Assembly: GCA_947565305.1 (NCBI GenBank)
Contig: CANOFO010000002.1
Span: 3,039-67,038, forward strand
Direction of reading: 5' to 3'
Length of the DNA: 64,000 bases
Origin: an uncultured Lachnospiraceae bacterium
GTDB lineage: Bacteria; Bacillota; Clostridia; Lachnospirales; Lachnospiraceae
The notes under the pieces were generated by a model that ran no database searches, was not told the DNA's origin, and saw only the letters and a list, made by a program, of their open reading frames with translations. Numbering within the stretch: position 1 is the stretch's first letter; every line of letters begins with the position of its first letter. A program made the position numbers and the translations under genes. Shown here piece by piece: positions 48,123 through 58,285 of the stretch.

Positions 48123-49205
48123 TTAAGCAAACCAGTCAAATCTTGAAAAATCTGTACAGGCCACATTTTCCAGTGGCAGCTCCACCGGAGCTCCAATGCT
48201 TGCGGACTGATAAACTGCTAACACCATCTCCAGCGCGTTACGGCCCGCTACGGCATCCACATACGGCGCACGGTCTTGTCGGATTGCGTCAATTACATCC
48301 GCATAGAGTGCCGTATGCCCATTGCCGTAGACATTGCTGGCGTACTCCTGAAGTCCCTTGTTTTTCTCATCGTTCTCGCGCTGATCCGCAAAATCCCACA
48401 CATCGATGTGGTTGGTGGACTTGCCTCCCAGCTTCACGGTTCCGTTTTCCCCAAACAGGTACAGCGTCTCTTCCAGATTTTGCGGGTAGACATTGGTGGT
48501 GCCCTCTATAGTTCCAATGGCCCCATTTTTAAACTTCACCACAGCCATGCCCACATCCTCGCATTCCAGATAGTCATGGAACTGCCGCCGGGTGACGCCG
48601 TAGACCTCCTTCACTTCGTCCCCCATCATCCACCGCAGCAGGTCGATGCCGTGAATGCATTGGTTCATCAGGCATCCTCCATCTTGGACCCAGGTTCCCC
48701 GCCAGGGAGCCTGGGTATAATAATCCCGATTCCGGTTCCAGCGGATATGAACAGAACCATGGGACAGCTTCCCGAACCGCCCCTGCTCCAACGCCTTCCG
48801 GGCCTCCTGCACCGCCGCGTTAAATCGGTTTTGGTGGCTGACACATACTTTGACGCCCTTGGCATTGCTGCGGCGGATGATTTCCTCTGCGTCCTTCATG
48901 GACATAGCCATGGGTTTTTCGATAATGACATGCACCCCAGCATCAATGCATTCCAGAGCAATCTGAGCGTGGAAACCGCTCTCAGTGGCGATGGCAGCCA
49001 ACTGAATATCGTTCTCCTCCAGCATCCGTCGGTAGTCGATGCAGCGCTTAATAGAGAGGTCCTGCTCCATCCTGTGCTTGGCAAGCAGGTTTTCCATGGC
49101 CCCCGGCTTCACATCACACACTGCAGAGATATGCAGACCATTGCTCACCGCGGCCTTGATGTGGTTTGTCGCAATACGGCCGCAGCCGATTAAAGCATAA
49201 TTCAT
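48123..49205 (-). CDS. wbpB: Gfo/Idh/MocA oxidoreductase, UDP-GlcNAcA 3-dehydrogenase (WbpB/WlbA-like)
   Basis: IGCGRIA, IIEKPMA, HQNRFN, WRGTW, GGCLMNQCIH; gene context. Confidence 0.8.
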   Translation of the reverse strand: MNYALIGCGRIATNHIKAAVSNGLHISAVCDVKPGAMENLLAKHRMEQDLSIKRCIDYRRMLEENDIQLAAIATESGFHAQIALECIDAGVHVIIEKPMAMSMKDAEEIIRRSNAKGVKVCVSHQNRFNAAVQEARKALEQGRFGKLSHGSVHIRWNRNRDYYTQAPWRGTWVQDGGCLMNQCIHGIDLLRWMMGDEVKEVYGVTRRQFHDYLECEDVGMAVVKFKNGAIGTIEGTTNVYPQNLEETLYLFGENGTVKLGGKSTNHIDVWDFADQRENDEKNKGLQEYASNVYGNGHTALYADVIDAIRQDRAPYVDAVAGRNALEMVLAVYQSASIGAPVELPLENVACTDFSRFDWFA

Positions 49206-50302
49206 AACGTTTCCCTCCGATTCCAATAGGTTCGAATCTGCTCCACAATCTTTTCCGCGGAATGTCCATCCCCAAAAGGCTGATAAGATAAATCAAATTG
49301 AACCGGTGCATCCAGTTTGGCAAGGATATCCTCTTTTTGCGGCTTTGCCAGCCGGTTACAGCCATTTACCATCGTTTCCGGCCATACTGCCCAATCGAAT
49401 ACGGTGACACAAGGCTTCTGGGCAAAGAATGCCTCGCGCTGCAGCCCGCCGGAGTCAGTTACAATTTTTTTTGCACGGTTTACCAGCGAAATGGATGTTT
49501 TATAGCCCACAGGCAAGGTCAGGATTATGTTTTCATACCCACCAGTTTCCCGCAAATGGGCTGCCCGTCCCTGATTGCGGGGATGGACAGGATAAATCAC
49601 CCGAGCATCCAGACTGTTCATCGCCTTGAAAATCTGATCCAGCTTCTCATCGGTATCCGTGTTCTCCTGCCGATGGCAGGTCATGTAGTAAAAATCCTCC
49701 GGCAGGGAAACAGGGCTGCCGTCAAATCCCTTTAATTCCCCGAGCTCGCTCCCATCCAGCCGCGCACTGCAATAGCGGAACGCATCATACATGGGATCAC
49801 CCACCAAATGGATGCTGGATGAAAAGCCTTCTCGCTTCAAAAAATTCACACCGGAGACCGTGCACACCAAGTGGAGGGAAGATACATGATCCGTAAGGAT
49901 ACGGTTAATCTCTTCTGGGTTTTCGCGGATACCACCCCCCCGGTTTCCGGCCTCTACATGGCAGACTGGGATATGCAGCTTCACCGCCGCCAGCGCACCT
50001 GCCAGGGTAGAATTGGTATCACCAAACACCAGCAACATATCTGGGCGCTCCTGAAGCAGCACTTTCTCAATCTCTATCAGCATCTGACCAGTCATCTGAC
50101 CGTGAGTGCCGCCGGAGATGCCCAGATTATAATCCGGCTTGGGGATATCCATTTCTTCAAAAAATATGCCAGACATATTATGGTCATAATGCTGTCCGGT
50201 ATGTATCAGCACCTCCTGGAACTCTCGGCGCAGTACCCGGGACACCATCGCAAGTTTAATGAACTGGGGCCGCGCACCCACCAGAGTACAGATTTTTTTC
50301 AT
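49202..50302 (-). CDS. wbpI: Non-hydrolysing UDP-sugar 2-epimerase (WecB/WbpI-like)
   Basis: VGARPQFIK, HTGQHYD, FGDTNSTL, HVEAG, PEEINR, TDSGGLQREA. Confidence 0.85.
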   Translation of the reverse strand: MKKICTLVGARPQFIKLAMVSRVLRREFQEVLIHTGQHYDHNMSGIFFEEMDIPKPDYNLGISGGTHGQMTGQMLIEIEKVLLQERPDMLLVFGDTNSTLAGALAAVKLHIPVCHVEAGNRGGGIRENPEEINRILTDHVSSLHLVCTVSGVNFLKREGFSSSIHLVGDPMYDAFRYCSARLDGSELGELKGFDGSPVSLPEDFYYMTCHRQENTDTDEKLDQIFKAMNSLDARVIYPVHPRNQGRAAHLRETGGYENIILTLPVGYKTSISLVNRAKKIVTDSGGLQREAFFAQKPCVTVFDWAVWPETMVNGCNRLAKPQKEDILAKLDAPVQFDLSYQPFGDGHSAEKIVEQIRTYWNRRETL

Positions 50303-51622
50303 TTACAACACCTCAATATATTCCCGGTTCTGAACCGCTTTCATTACGTTTTTGCAGTCAAACACTGGCACTCCCACACCGGCTACCAGTTCATAGTCTA
50401 CCTTGCTGTGGGCAGTGGTGACAACCACCAGGTCATATCTGCGGAGCGTCTCTTCATCGAGTTTCTCCACTCCCTGATACTGCCGTCCCTTATACCGGCA
50501 GGCAGGGACAAAGGGATCATGGTAGTCCACCAGCGAGCCGTTACGCTGAAACTCCTCCATTACCCGCAAGGCGGGGCTCTCCCGGCAGTCGTTAATATCC
50601 TGCTTGTAAGCCACCCCCAGCAGCAGCACCTTGGAACCGTTCAGCGCCTTTTTCTCTCGATTGAGAATCTTCCCTGCCCGCTCCACGGCGTATTCCGGCA
50701 TACGGTCATTAATCATCATGGAACTTTCAATCATAGAGGTGTGGAAACCGTACTCCCGGGCCTTCCAGCTCAGATAATAGGGATCCAGCGGGATACAGTG
50801 CCCGCCCAGACCAGGACCTGGATAGAAAGGCTGAAAGCCATAGGGTTTCGTTTTGGCTGCATCGATGACTTCCCAAATATCAATTCCCATCGTGTGGCAC
50901 AGCATGGCCAGTTCGTTCACCAGGCCAATATTCACGTTGCGGTATGTATTTTCCAGAATCTTCTCCATCTCCGCCACAGCGGGAGAAGATACCTTATGAA
51001 CCTCTCCGTCCAAAATGGTGGAATATACCATAGCAATCACCTCAGCGGCATCAGCGCCCACAGCCCCCACGACTTTAGGGGTGTTGCTGGTCTTGTAAAT
51101 CAAGTTGCCCGGATCCACACGCTCCGGTGAAAAACCCAAATAAAAATCTGTTCCGCATTTCAAACCGGAACCTTCCTCCAAAATGGGTTTGAGCAGTTCC
51201 TCTGTAGTACCGGGATAGGTGGTGGACTCCAATACCACCACGCTTCCCCATGTCAGATAGTTCGCAATGGCCTTTGCCGATTCCAAAACATAGCTGATAT
51301 CCGGCTGCTGGTGGGCATCCAACGGTGTGGGAACGCAGATTGCAATAAAGTCCACATCTTTCACAAAGGAAAAGTCCGAAGTGGCCCGAAGCATCCCGGA
51401 GGACACCAGCTCCTGCAGGTCAGCGTCCACCACATCGCCGATATAATTCTCTCCGGCGTTAACCATATCTACCTTTTTCTGCTGGACGTCGAAGCCAATA
51501 GTGCGAAAGCCATGCTTGGCCTTGTCCACCGCCAGGGGCAGACCGACATAACCCAGACCGCAGACGCCCATGGAAAGCGTTTTATTTTTAATTTTTTCAA
51601 GTAAAGTTTCCTTAATATTCAT
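50303..51622 (-). CDS. wbpA: UDP-GlcNAc 6-dehydrogenase (WbpA-like)
   Basis: GLGYVGLP, ICVPTP, ESTTYPGTT, SPERVDPGN, GPGLGGHCIPLDP, RESP. Confidence 0.88.
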   Translation of the reverse strand: MNIKETLLEKIKNKTLSMGVCGLGYVGLPLAVDKAKHGFRTIGFDVQQKKVDMVNAGENYIGDVVDADLQELVSSGMLRATSDFSFVKDVDFIAICVPTPLDAHQQPDISYVLESAKAIANYLTWGSVVVLESTTYPGTTEELLKPILEEGSGLKCGTDFYLGFSPERVDPGNLIYKTSNTPKVVGAVGADAAEVIAMVYSTILDGEVHKVSSPAVAEMEKILENTYRNVNIGLVNELAMLCHTMGIDIWEVIDAAKTKPYGFQPFYPGPGLGGHCIPLDPYYLSWKAREYGFHTSMIESSMMINDRMPEYAVERAGKILNREKKALNGSKVLLLGVAYKQDINDCRESPALRVMEEFQRNGSLVDYHDPFVPACRYKGRQYQGVEKLDEETLRRYDLVVVTTAHSKVDYELVAGVGVPVFDCKNVMKAVQNREYIEVL

Positions 51623-51654
51623 GTCAAATCATTTCCTCAATATTGTTATAAATG

Positions 51655-54342
51655 CTACTTTTTAAATAAGCTGACCAGCAGGTTACTGAATTTTTCCGCA
51701 CCATTTTGGGACAAATGGTCCGTATCTACAAAGTCAGAAGGCTCAAAACAGGTAAACTGGTTAAAATCTACAAAACAGAATTCCTCAGATACTGCCGCAA
51801 TCAATTCGTTGATACTCTCTTTCATCTCTTTCGAGATATATTGCCTATATTCAGGGGTAAACGGTGCGATTATAACGATAGGCATAATCCCATTGAGGTG
51901 AAGAAAATGGACATATTCATTTAATATCTTTTTGTTCTCCGCTATTGTCAGCTTATTCTGAAATATTTTGTTGTGGCCCTCCGCGCGGGTTTTTCCAAAC
52001 GCCTGACGCTCATCAGCTGATAAATCCCACCAATCACGCTCCAATCTAAAAATCGTACCGCCGCGCTGCTTCCCTTCTGAAAAAAACGTACCGCGTTTCA
52101 GCATTTTTTCTATTGCAAGCTGTTCGCATTGACGCTTGTCCTCGTCTGAAAAGACATTCAATCCTGCCCATAAATCATTCTGCTGCACATCTTCCCAGCT
52201 ATGTCCATCTTTAAAAACAGGGTAATACACATTGGAAACCATTACTTCACGCTCCTTCCGTCCACGAGAGAGATCATGGCCGGCAAGGTAATAACCGCCA
52301 ACGATAAAACATTTGGAAAAACGGCCCGGCTGACCACCTGAGATTGCTCTGCGGGCACATTGAAAGTCATAGTACAAATCTTGAGACGATGAGGAGCAAT
52401 TGACCGCTTGCTCCCAGGACGATTCAATAATTCCATTCAATGCATAAGACGACCCTGTAATGAGTGTAGCATTGGGACCCGACACCTCCGTCGCTTTGCC
52501 AAGCATCGCTTTCAGCCATACATAATAATAGTTTTTTTGCAAAAACAGTTCAGAAACTTGATTTAAGTCGGTCTGTCGGGCATCCCCGGCCATAAAGTTT
52601 GTGAGATTCCAGCTTGCCAAATCTCCCTGCCTGGCACCACAACTGCTGACAACCGCAGATAACACTCCCGACAGCTGCTCCGTCAGCGCCCTACGCTCAA
52701 ACCGCTCAATTGCCGGGGAATGGAGCAGTTCAGAAACCTCGCCCTGCTCCCATTTCCGATACTCTCGGAGAATCATTGCTTTAATTTCGGATAATTGCGT
52801 ACTGAGATATGCTTCCCCATGGCCGCTCTCTCGGAGCGTCTCGCCCACTGCGCTGCCTTCAGGGGCCAAAGCCAGGATAGGCCGGCCGCTCCGCAGGTAT
52901 TCAAAAAACTTCCCTGTATAAACGGATTTGAATTTTGGCTCGTCACCCACCAGCAGCAGAAGCAGGTTGGCATCCAGATTCGCCTGGAGCGCTTCCTGAT
53001 GGGATAAGTAACCCTTAAAGTCGATAATTGACTCCAGCCCATATTTTCCTGCTTCCTCAATCTTTCCTGTCTCAGCCTCACCGATGACCCGAAACCGAAC
53101 CTTGGATAAATCTATTTCTTTTTCCTCCCGCAACTGCCGGATTGCCTTCAGAATCGGCGTAATGTGTCTCTGTTGGGTGTAAAGAAGCCCGCTGTAGTTA
53201 ATGGTAAACTTGTCCGTCCGAGTTTGGGGAATATGCAGCATGGCGAAATCATCTTCGTCATATCCGTTTGTAATGCTGACAATCTTTTCTTGCGGAAGCT
53301 GGAACTGCTCTACATAAGATGGAATGAAACTATCTCCAATCGTCAGATTACAGTCCGCCTGATGCAGCAATACCTTCTCCAGCTCATACAGCAGCCTGTT
53401 TCCCGCGTCAGATGGGTCGTAGTCTTTCTTATAGGCATTAAAGGTCCATGGATCGCGGTAATCCGCCACCCATGGGATTCCATATTTCTGCTGTAAATAG
53501 AAACCAATCAGATGGGCGCTGTAAGGACCTGAGGTGGTATAGACCACCTGAAATTCGTCCGGGTCCATGTTCTTCTCAATATATTGGATTACATCATAGG
53601 CCCAGGACAGCGCCGTACAAGGAAAATTAAGCAGCCGCCTAATTCCCTTCTCGTTCTGAAACGCATGGGAATATATCCAGTCCGCCACCGGGCTGAAACG
53701 CAAAATGCTGTGTAGGAAATTCAGAATCCGCTGAATTCGTTCCATACTCATCAAGGTCTCCCGACCGGTGCTGACCCCATCGGGAATGCGTACCACCTGC
53801 ATCCCCGCGGGAATTTCCTTCAGCTGGCTGGCATCGGCAAAATTCCATCCGTTAGGCGGCTGATCGGTGGAAATCACCGTAGGCTCCCAGCCAAATTGAG
53901 TCAGGTATTTGGCAAACTTGATGGAGCGGAACACCCCAGAGCCGGACAGCGGAAGGAAAAAATAAGCAGCCATCAATACCCTCCCCCCTTTCTGCTCCCC
54001 CAGCTGCTGGCGCAGCCCGGCGATATAGCCATTTAATTCCCCATTGTCCGAATTTTGCTGGCAGCGTTCCAGCATTCCCAATGCCCGTCGGTTCATGCCA
54101 AGGACGGCATAGGTGTCGGCTAAATTATAGAGAACTTCCGGATTGTTCGGCTGCTGTGCCATTGCAGCCTCGAAAAAGGTACGCGCCTGTCTGGATTGGC
54201 CGCAATGAGCGCACATGATGCCCATCAGATTCTGAATCTGCCACTGCTGGCGCTCTTCCTTGGACAAAGCTTCAACGAAATCCAACGCTTCGGACAATTT
54301 GCCCCTTGAAATCAAATCTTCTAACGTTTGAATCGATTCCAT
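51655..54342 (-). CDS. TPR-GT4 glycosyltransferase fused to a C-terminal SGNH/DltD-like domain
   Basis: TPR N-terminus; AYFFLPLSGSGV, WVADYRDPW, NGYD, GKFFEYL; ITGSSY...SSSQDLYY...DTDHL. Confidence 0.8.
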   Translation of the reverse strand: MESIQTLEDLISRGKLSEALDFVEALSKEERQQWQIQNLMGIMCAHCGQSRQARTFFEAAMAQQPNNPEVLYNLADTYAVLGMNRRALGMLERCQQNSDNGELNGYIAGLRQQLGEQKGGRVLMAAYFFLPLSGSGVFRSIKFAKYLTQFGWEPTVISTDQPPNGWNFADASQLKEIPAGMQVVRIPDGVSTGRETLMSMERIQRILNFLHSILRFSPVADWIYSHAFQNEKGIRRLLNFPCTALSWAYDVIQYIEKNMDPDEFQVVYTTSGPYSAHLIGFYLQQKYGIPWVADYRDPWTFNAYKKDYDPSDAGNRLLYELEKVLLHQADCNLTIGDSFIPSYVEQFQLPQEKIVSITNGYDEDDFAMLHIPQTRTDKFTINYSGLLYTQQRHITPILKAIRQLREEKEIDLSKVRFRVIGEAETGKIEEAGKYGLESIIDFKGYLSHQEALQANLDANLLLLLVGDEPKFKSVYTGKFFEYLRSGRPILALAPEGSAVGETLRESGHGEAYLSTQLSEIKAMILREYRKWEQGEVSELLHSPAIERFERRALTEQLSGVLSAVVSSCGARQGDLASWNLTNFMAGDARQTDLNQVSELFLQKNYYYVWLKAMLGKATEVSGPNATLITGSSYALNGIIESSWEQAVNCSSSSQDLYYDFQCARRAISGGQPGRFSKCFIVGGYYLAGHDLSRGRKEREVMVSNVYYPVFKDGHSWEDVQQNDLWAGLNVFSDEDKRQCEQLAIEKMLKRGTFFSEGKQRGGTIFRLERDWWDLSADERQAFGKTRAEGHNKIFQNKLTIAENKKILNEYVHFLHLNGIMPIVIIAPFTPEYRQYISKEMKESINELIAAVSEEFCFVDFNQFTCFEPSDFVDTDHLSQNGAEKFSNLLVSLFKK

Positions 54343-54344
54343 AT

Positions 54345-55487
54345 CTATATCCTCGTTTCTGTTAAAATCTCATGAATATTATCTATCACCTCATCGCATT
54401 CTTCCTGCAGCATATATGGCGACAGCGGCAATGAAAGGACTGTCTCACACAACCTGACGGTATTTTGATTTCTGCCGCTTTGGCAGTTACCGCCGGCAAA
54501 TGCCTGCTGTTCATGCATTGGCTTCCAGTAATATATCATCACAGGTATCCCACGCCTACCAAGTTCCTCCTGCAGCTTTGCCCTTTCCTCCTGGCAGTCC
54601 AAGCGGATTGTATACTGCGCCCAGCTTGACTTATAGCCGGACAGTATATGGGGGACTCCCACCAAGCCTTTTAATCCCTGCGTATATATTTCGGCAAATT
54701 TATTTACCTGCTCTATCTCCTTATCCCGAAATGCTGCCAACTTAACCTTAAGGATTGCTGCCTGTATGCTGTCCAGCCTGGAATTCATGCCAATCTGAAT
54801 ATTATCATATTTGCCTTGGGATGATTTCCCATGGACACAGAGCGAGCGGATTTTCTGATTCCAGCTATCGTTATCGGTAAATACGGCTCCCCCATCGCCA
54901 TAGCAGCCCAATGGCTTTGCCGGAAAAAACGATGTGGTCGATATATCCCCAAAGCTGCAGGCGGACTTATCTCCAATACGCCCGCCAAACCCTTGTGCGC
55001 CATCCTCAATTAGGTACATTCCATATTCCTTTGTAACCTGGCATATCCTACCATACTCTGCCGGCTGTCCAAACAAATCCACGGCAATAACCGCCCCCGG
55101 TCTGTATTTCCCTTGTGCGGCTACCGCTGAGACAGCCGCCTTAAGCGCTGGCGCAGATATATTATAAGTATCCGGTTCCACATCCACAAAAACCGGCAGC
55201 GCCCCCACCGTGGAAACAACCTCCCCAGACGCAAAAAATGTGAAATCCGGCACAAACACGGCATCCCCCGGACCTATATCCAGCGCCCGCAACGCCAGTT
55301 CCAGCGCATCCGTTCCATTGCCACAGGAAATACAATGCCGGCAGCCCACATACTGCGCCAATGCTTCTTCCAATTCCCTGACAACACTGCCGGAAATAAA
55401 TCTGCCCGATTGCAGCACCTGGGAAATGGCTCCATCTATCTCCTCTTTTAAATATTGATACTGTCTCTGCAAATCCCGAAATTCCAT
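54345..55487 (-). CDS. wbpE: DegT-family aminotransferase (WbpE/WlbC-like)
   Basis: NGTDAL, IEDGAQGFG, TSFFPAKPLGCYGDGG, NSRLDSIQAA, SSWAQYT. Confidence 0.85.
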   Translation of the reverse strand: MEFRDLQRQYQYLKEEIDGAISQVLQSGRFISGSVVRELEEALAQYVGCRHCISCGNGTDALELALRALDIGPGDAVFVPDFTFFASGEVVSTVGALPVFVDVEPDTYNISAPALKAAVSAVAAQGKYRPGAVIAVDLFGQPAEYGRICQVTKEYGMYLIEDGAQGFGGRIGDKSACSFGDISTTSFFPAKPLGCYGDGGAVFTDNDSWNQKIRSLCVHGKSSQGKYDNIQIGMNSRLDSIQAAILKVKLAAFRDKEIEQVNKFAEIYTQGLKGLVGVPHILSGYKSSWAQYTIRLDCQEERAKLQEELGRRGIPVMIYYWKPMHEQQAFAGGNCQSGRNQNTVRLCETVLSLPLSPYMLQEECDEVIDNIHEILTETRI

Positions 55488-55500
55488 CTTACTGTCCCTC

Positions 55501-56061
55501 TTATACCAGACCTTTTCCCATTATGGTATTCTCATATTTGCTCTTGCATCTGTCACAGATGCCGTCTTCATCCAGCCGATTACCACATGCACACACCCAA
55601 CCGGCAATTTCCGCCGGTACGCCCAGGACCAACGCATTATCAGGGACATCTCTGGTGACAACCGCCCCCGCCCCGACCATGGCGTATTTGCCTATCGTTG
55701 CACCGCAGACAATGGTTGCGTTCGCGCCTATCGTTGCCCCCTCTTTGACCAACGTTTTTTTATAGTTTGCCCTGCCCTTCGGGTATCTTGCCCGCGGCGT
55801 CAAATCATTGGTGAATACACAGGACGGTCCGCAAAATACGCCATCTTCAAGGACAACGCCCTCATAGAGGGATACGTTGTTTTGGATTTTGACATCGCTG
55901 CCTACGGTCACATGATTCGCCACATTTACATTCTGTCCCAGGGAACAATTATTCCCAATATGGGCTCCCGACTGTATGTGGCAAAAATGCCAGATTTTCG
56001 TACCCTCTCCAATATAGACGTCTTCCTCTATATAACTGCTTTCATGCACAAAATATCCCAT
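55501..56061 (-). CDS. wbpD: Hexapeptide-repeat N-acetyltransferase (WbpD/WlbB-like)
   Basis: KIWHFCHI, SLGQNV, KIQNNVSLYEGV, FCGPSCVFTND..PR, GWVCACG. Confidence 0.9.
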   Translation of the reverse strand: MGYFVHESSYIEEDVYIGEGTKIWHFCHIQSGAHIGNNCSLGQNVNVANHVTVGSDVKIQNNVSLYEGVVLEDGVFCGPSCVFTNDLTPRARYPKGRANYKKTLVKEGATIGANATIVCGATIGKYAMVGAGAVVTRDVPDNALVLGVPAEIAGWVCACGNRLDEDGICDRCKSKYENTIMGKGLV

Positions 56062-56106
56062 AACAATTCTCCGTTCAGCTAATTTACAAACAAAAGACAG
56101 TAATTT

Positions 56107-56135
56107 ATCCTATCATAATTGGGGAAAGTTGTAAA
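56107..56135 (-). promoter_or_regulatory. SigmaA promoter TTTACA-17-TAGGAT with extended TG, for the wbp-like operon
   Basis: Exact spacing; sequence similar to the promoter at 61107-61135. Confidence 0.6.
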
Positions 56136-56144
56136 CAACACTCT

Positions 56145-57125
56145 TTACCTTTTTGGTTCATCAATAAGTTCCAGATATTCCCGGTACTCAAATGTTGGGC
56201 TTCCCAAATACTTATTGCTTCTGTATTCCGGTACTTCTTCCCTCACCGTCTGCTGCATTTCCTGAAGATGCCCCTCTTCCAGCTTTAATTCACAGCTTTC
56301 AGCAAAATACAGCGTCTCAATGAAATACGAAAAGACAAAATAATATTCGATTTCTTCCCGATACTTCTCCCACAATCCGGCACGACTTTTGATATCCCGA
56401 AACACGGATAGCTGCACCAGGGCATGGTCATAGAGTTTGCCCGGTTGGCGCACATACTGATGCATCGTGGAAGCCTCATGCATCCGATAATAATACAAAG
56501 GCTCCTTGGTGCAGTACACACGCTCAGCATAAAACAGCAGCGGATAGACAAAAGAGGGCTCTTCATAGGCATGTCCCTCGATAAACCTCACCTGGACCTG
56601 CTCTAAGAATTCCCTCTTATAAAACTTCGTCTGGCTGCCGCAGGTCAATGCCTGCCCGGCGAGGAACAGCTTGCGCATCTCTTCGTCCTCCAACACAATC
56701 AGCCCCTTAATCTGCGCCGGGTCCTCCACCTGTACGACGCCCTCGTAATATTTTGTCATGGGGTACTGAATCATCTCCGTATCGTACTGTTTGGCAATAT
56801 TATATAATTTTTCATAAATAGTTACATCCACCCAATCGTCTGCATCCAGAAATGCCACATATTCTCCCTGGGCATGTGCAAGCCCCACGTTCCTTGCACC
56901 GCCCTGTTTGCGGTTCTCAGGCAGGTGAAATACCCGGAGATTGTCCGGGTATTGCTCCGCCATGGCATCCAGAAGGCTGCCTGTACTGTCTGTGGAGGCA
57001 TCATTGACACAGATAACATCCAGGGTTTCAAATCCAATGCTCTGACAAATCAATGATTCCAGGCACTGGGACAGATATTCTTCCGCATTATAACAGGGAA
57101 TGATTACTGATACTTTTTTCATCAT
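56145..57125 (-). CDS. GT2 glycosyltransferase
   Basis: VSVIIPCYN, VNDASTD, QGGARNVG, FLDADD; similar to 40385-41482. Confidence 0.92.
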   Translation of the reverse strand: MMKKVSVIIPCYNAEEYLSQCLESLICQSIGFETLDVICVNDASTDSTGSLLDAMAEQYPDNLRVFHLPENRKQGGARNVGLAHAQGEYVAFLDADDWVDVTIYEKLYNIAKQYDTEMIQYPMTKYYEGVVQVEDPAQIKGLIVLEDEEMRKLFLAGQALTCGSQTKFYKREFLEQVQVRFIEGHAYEEPSFVYPLLFYAERVYCTKEPLYYYRMHEASTMHQYVRQPGKLYDHALVQLSVFRDIKSRAGLWEKYREEIEYYFVFSYFIETLYFAESCELKLEEGHLQEMQQTVREEVPEYRSNKYLGSPTFEYREYLELIDEPKR

Positions 57126-57193
57126 ACTTGGTCCTCGTTATCAACTTTATTCCTAACTGGCAAAAGCAGATACTACATTAAAAATACCGCTTA

Positions 57194-58240
57194 TTATAAG
57201 TTCATAATATTAAGAAATCTTTCCAGACTATATATGAGAAATCTTTGTTCTCCAGTAAGCCCATTAACACAATCTGGTTTGAACTCCGGTCTTTGGGGTC
57301 CGCACCAGTCCCTCATCCAATTGTCAACCGCCCGCACCATTGCTATCTTTTCCGGCACTTCAAATGCTGGAAATTTCTTTTTATACAGCTCTCTAAGCAA
57401 ATACTTACTCTCTCCTGCCCTCACACGGTTCAAGTCCAAATCATCCGCCATTTTCAAACGAGCATATGGGTCAAGATAGCTGATACCTATACAGTCAAAA
57501 GCATTTAAATATGCTCCAGATGAAGATGAGGCAAATATCTCATTTATAAATTTTATAAAATCGACCCCAGAGCTGCCCTTTTTATACCTCTCATAAACAT
57601 CTAAAACGCTGACTGCATTTTTCAAAACATCCTCAGGAGGCACAAATGTGTATCGTTCTACCCATTCCTCAAACGTCCAGTCTTTTGACAATAAGCGGTC
57701 CATCCCCCCAAATGCCATGTCAGCATTGTCACCTAAAACAATAACCTCATTCCCATCTTCTTTTATTCTCTTAGAAATGGTATAGACCTGAGGCTCATTG
57801 GCAAATACCGGACATCCGTCATGTATCATCAGCTTATCTATGCACTCTTCATAGTCGCTCCATGCCACCTCAACAACAATATGCTCTAATCCTGTTTCTT
57901 TGCAAATTTTTTCCGCACGCTTCACTTCTAAATCAGATGACGGATTGGGATTTACCACAGTATAGGCACGTACTCCTTTGGGCATATATGCCGCAAGGAT
58001 GCCAGAATCAATGCCTCCGCTTAAAAGAAGCGCCGTCTTTTCCGGCACAATGCCCTGAAGCTGCTCCTTAATAATCCTGTCTATATCATCGCTGGTTTTG
58101 CAGGCAATTTTATCTTCTTCCGGAATGAGCTGCATTGCGGCAGGTTCAATTCCTTCCCTCCATGTGAAATTATGATTTGCTATATACCGAAATGTCAAAA
58201 AGGAACTCATACAATAATTCTTATCAATCGTTTTTTCCAT
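57194..58240 (-). CDS. Asparagine-synthetase C-terminal (ATP-pyrophosphatase) domain protein without a glutaminase domain
   Basis: PP-loop LLLSGGIDSG, LGDNADMAFGG, ESKYLLRE, PEK; only 348 aa. Confidence 0.82.
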   Translation of the reverse strand: MEKTIDKNYCMSSFLTFRYIANHNFTWREGIEPAAMQLIPEEDKIACKTSDDIDRIIKEQLQGIVPEKTALLLSGGIDSGILAAYMPKGVRAYTVVNPNPSSDLEVKRAEKICKETGLEHIVVEVAWSDYEECIDKLMIHDGCPVFANEPQVYTISKRIKEDGNEVIVLGDNADMAFGGMDRLLSKDWTFEEWVERYTFVPPEDVLKNAVSVLDVYERYKKGSSGVDFIKFINEIFASSSSGAYLNAFDCIGISYLDPYARLKMADDLDLNRVRAGESKYLLRELYKKKFPAFEVPEKIAMVRAVDNWMRDWCGPQRPEFKPDCVNGLTGEQRFLIYSLERFLNIMNL

Positions 58241-58285
58241 TTACAGCCTCCTACTTTCTACAGTTGACTTGCGTATTCCCATTCT

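Noticed and set aside
48276-49193. 305-aa plus-strand ORF
   Set aside because: Fully antisense to the Gfo/Idh/MocA gene; codon-mirror artefact.
49871-51130. 419-aa plus-strand ORF
   Set aside because: Antisense shadow of the wbpA/wbpI-like genes in a GC-rich block; no motifs or RBS.
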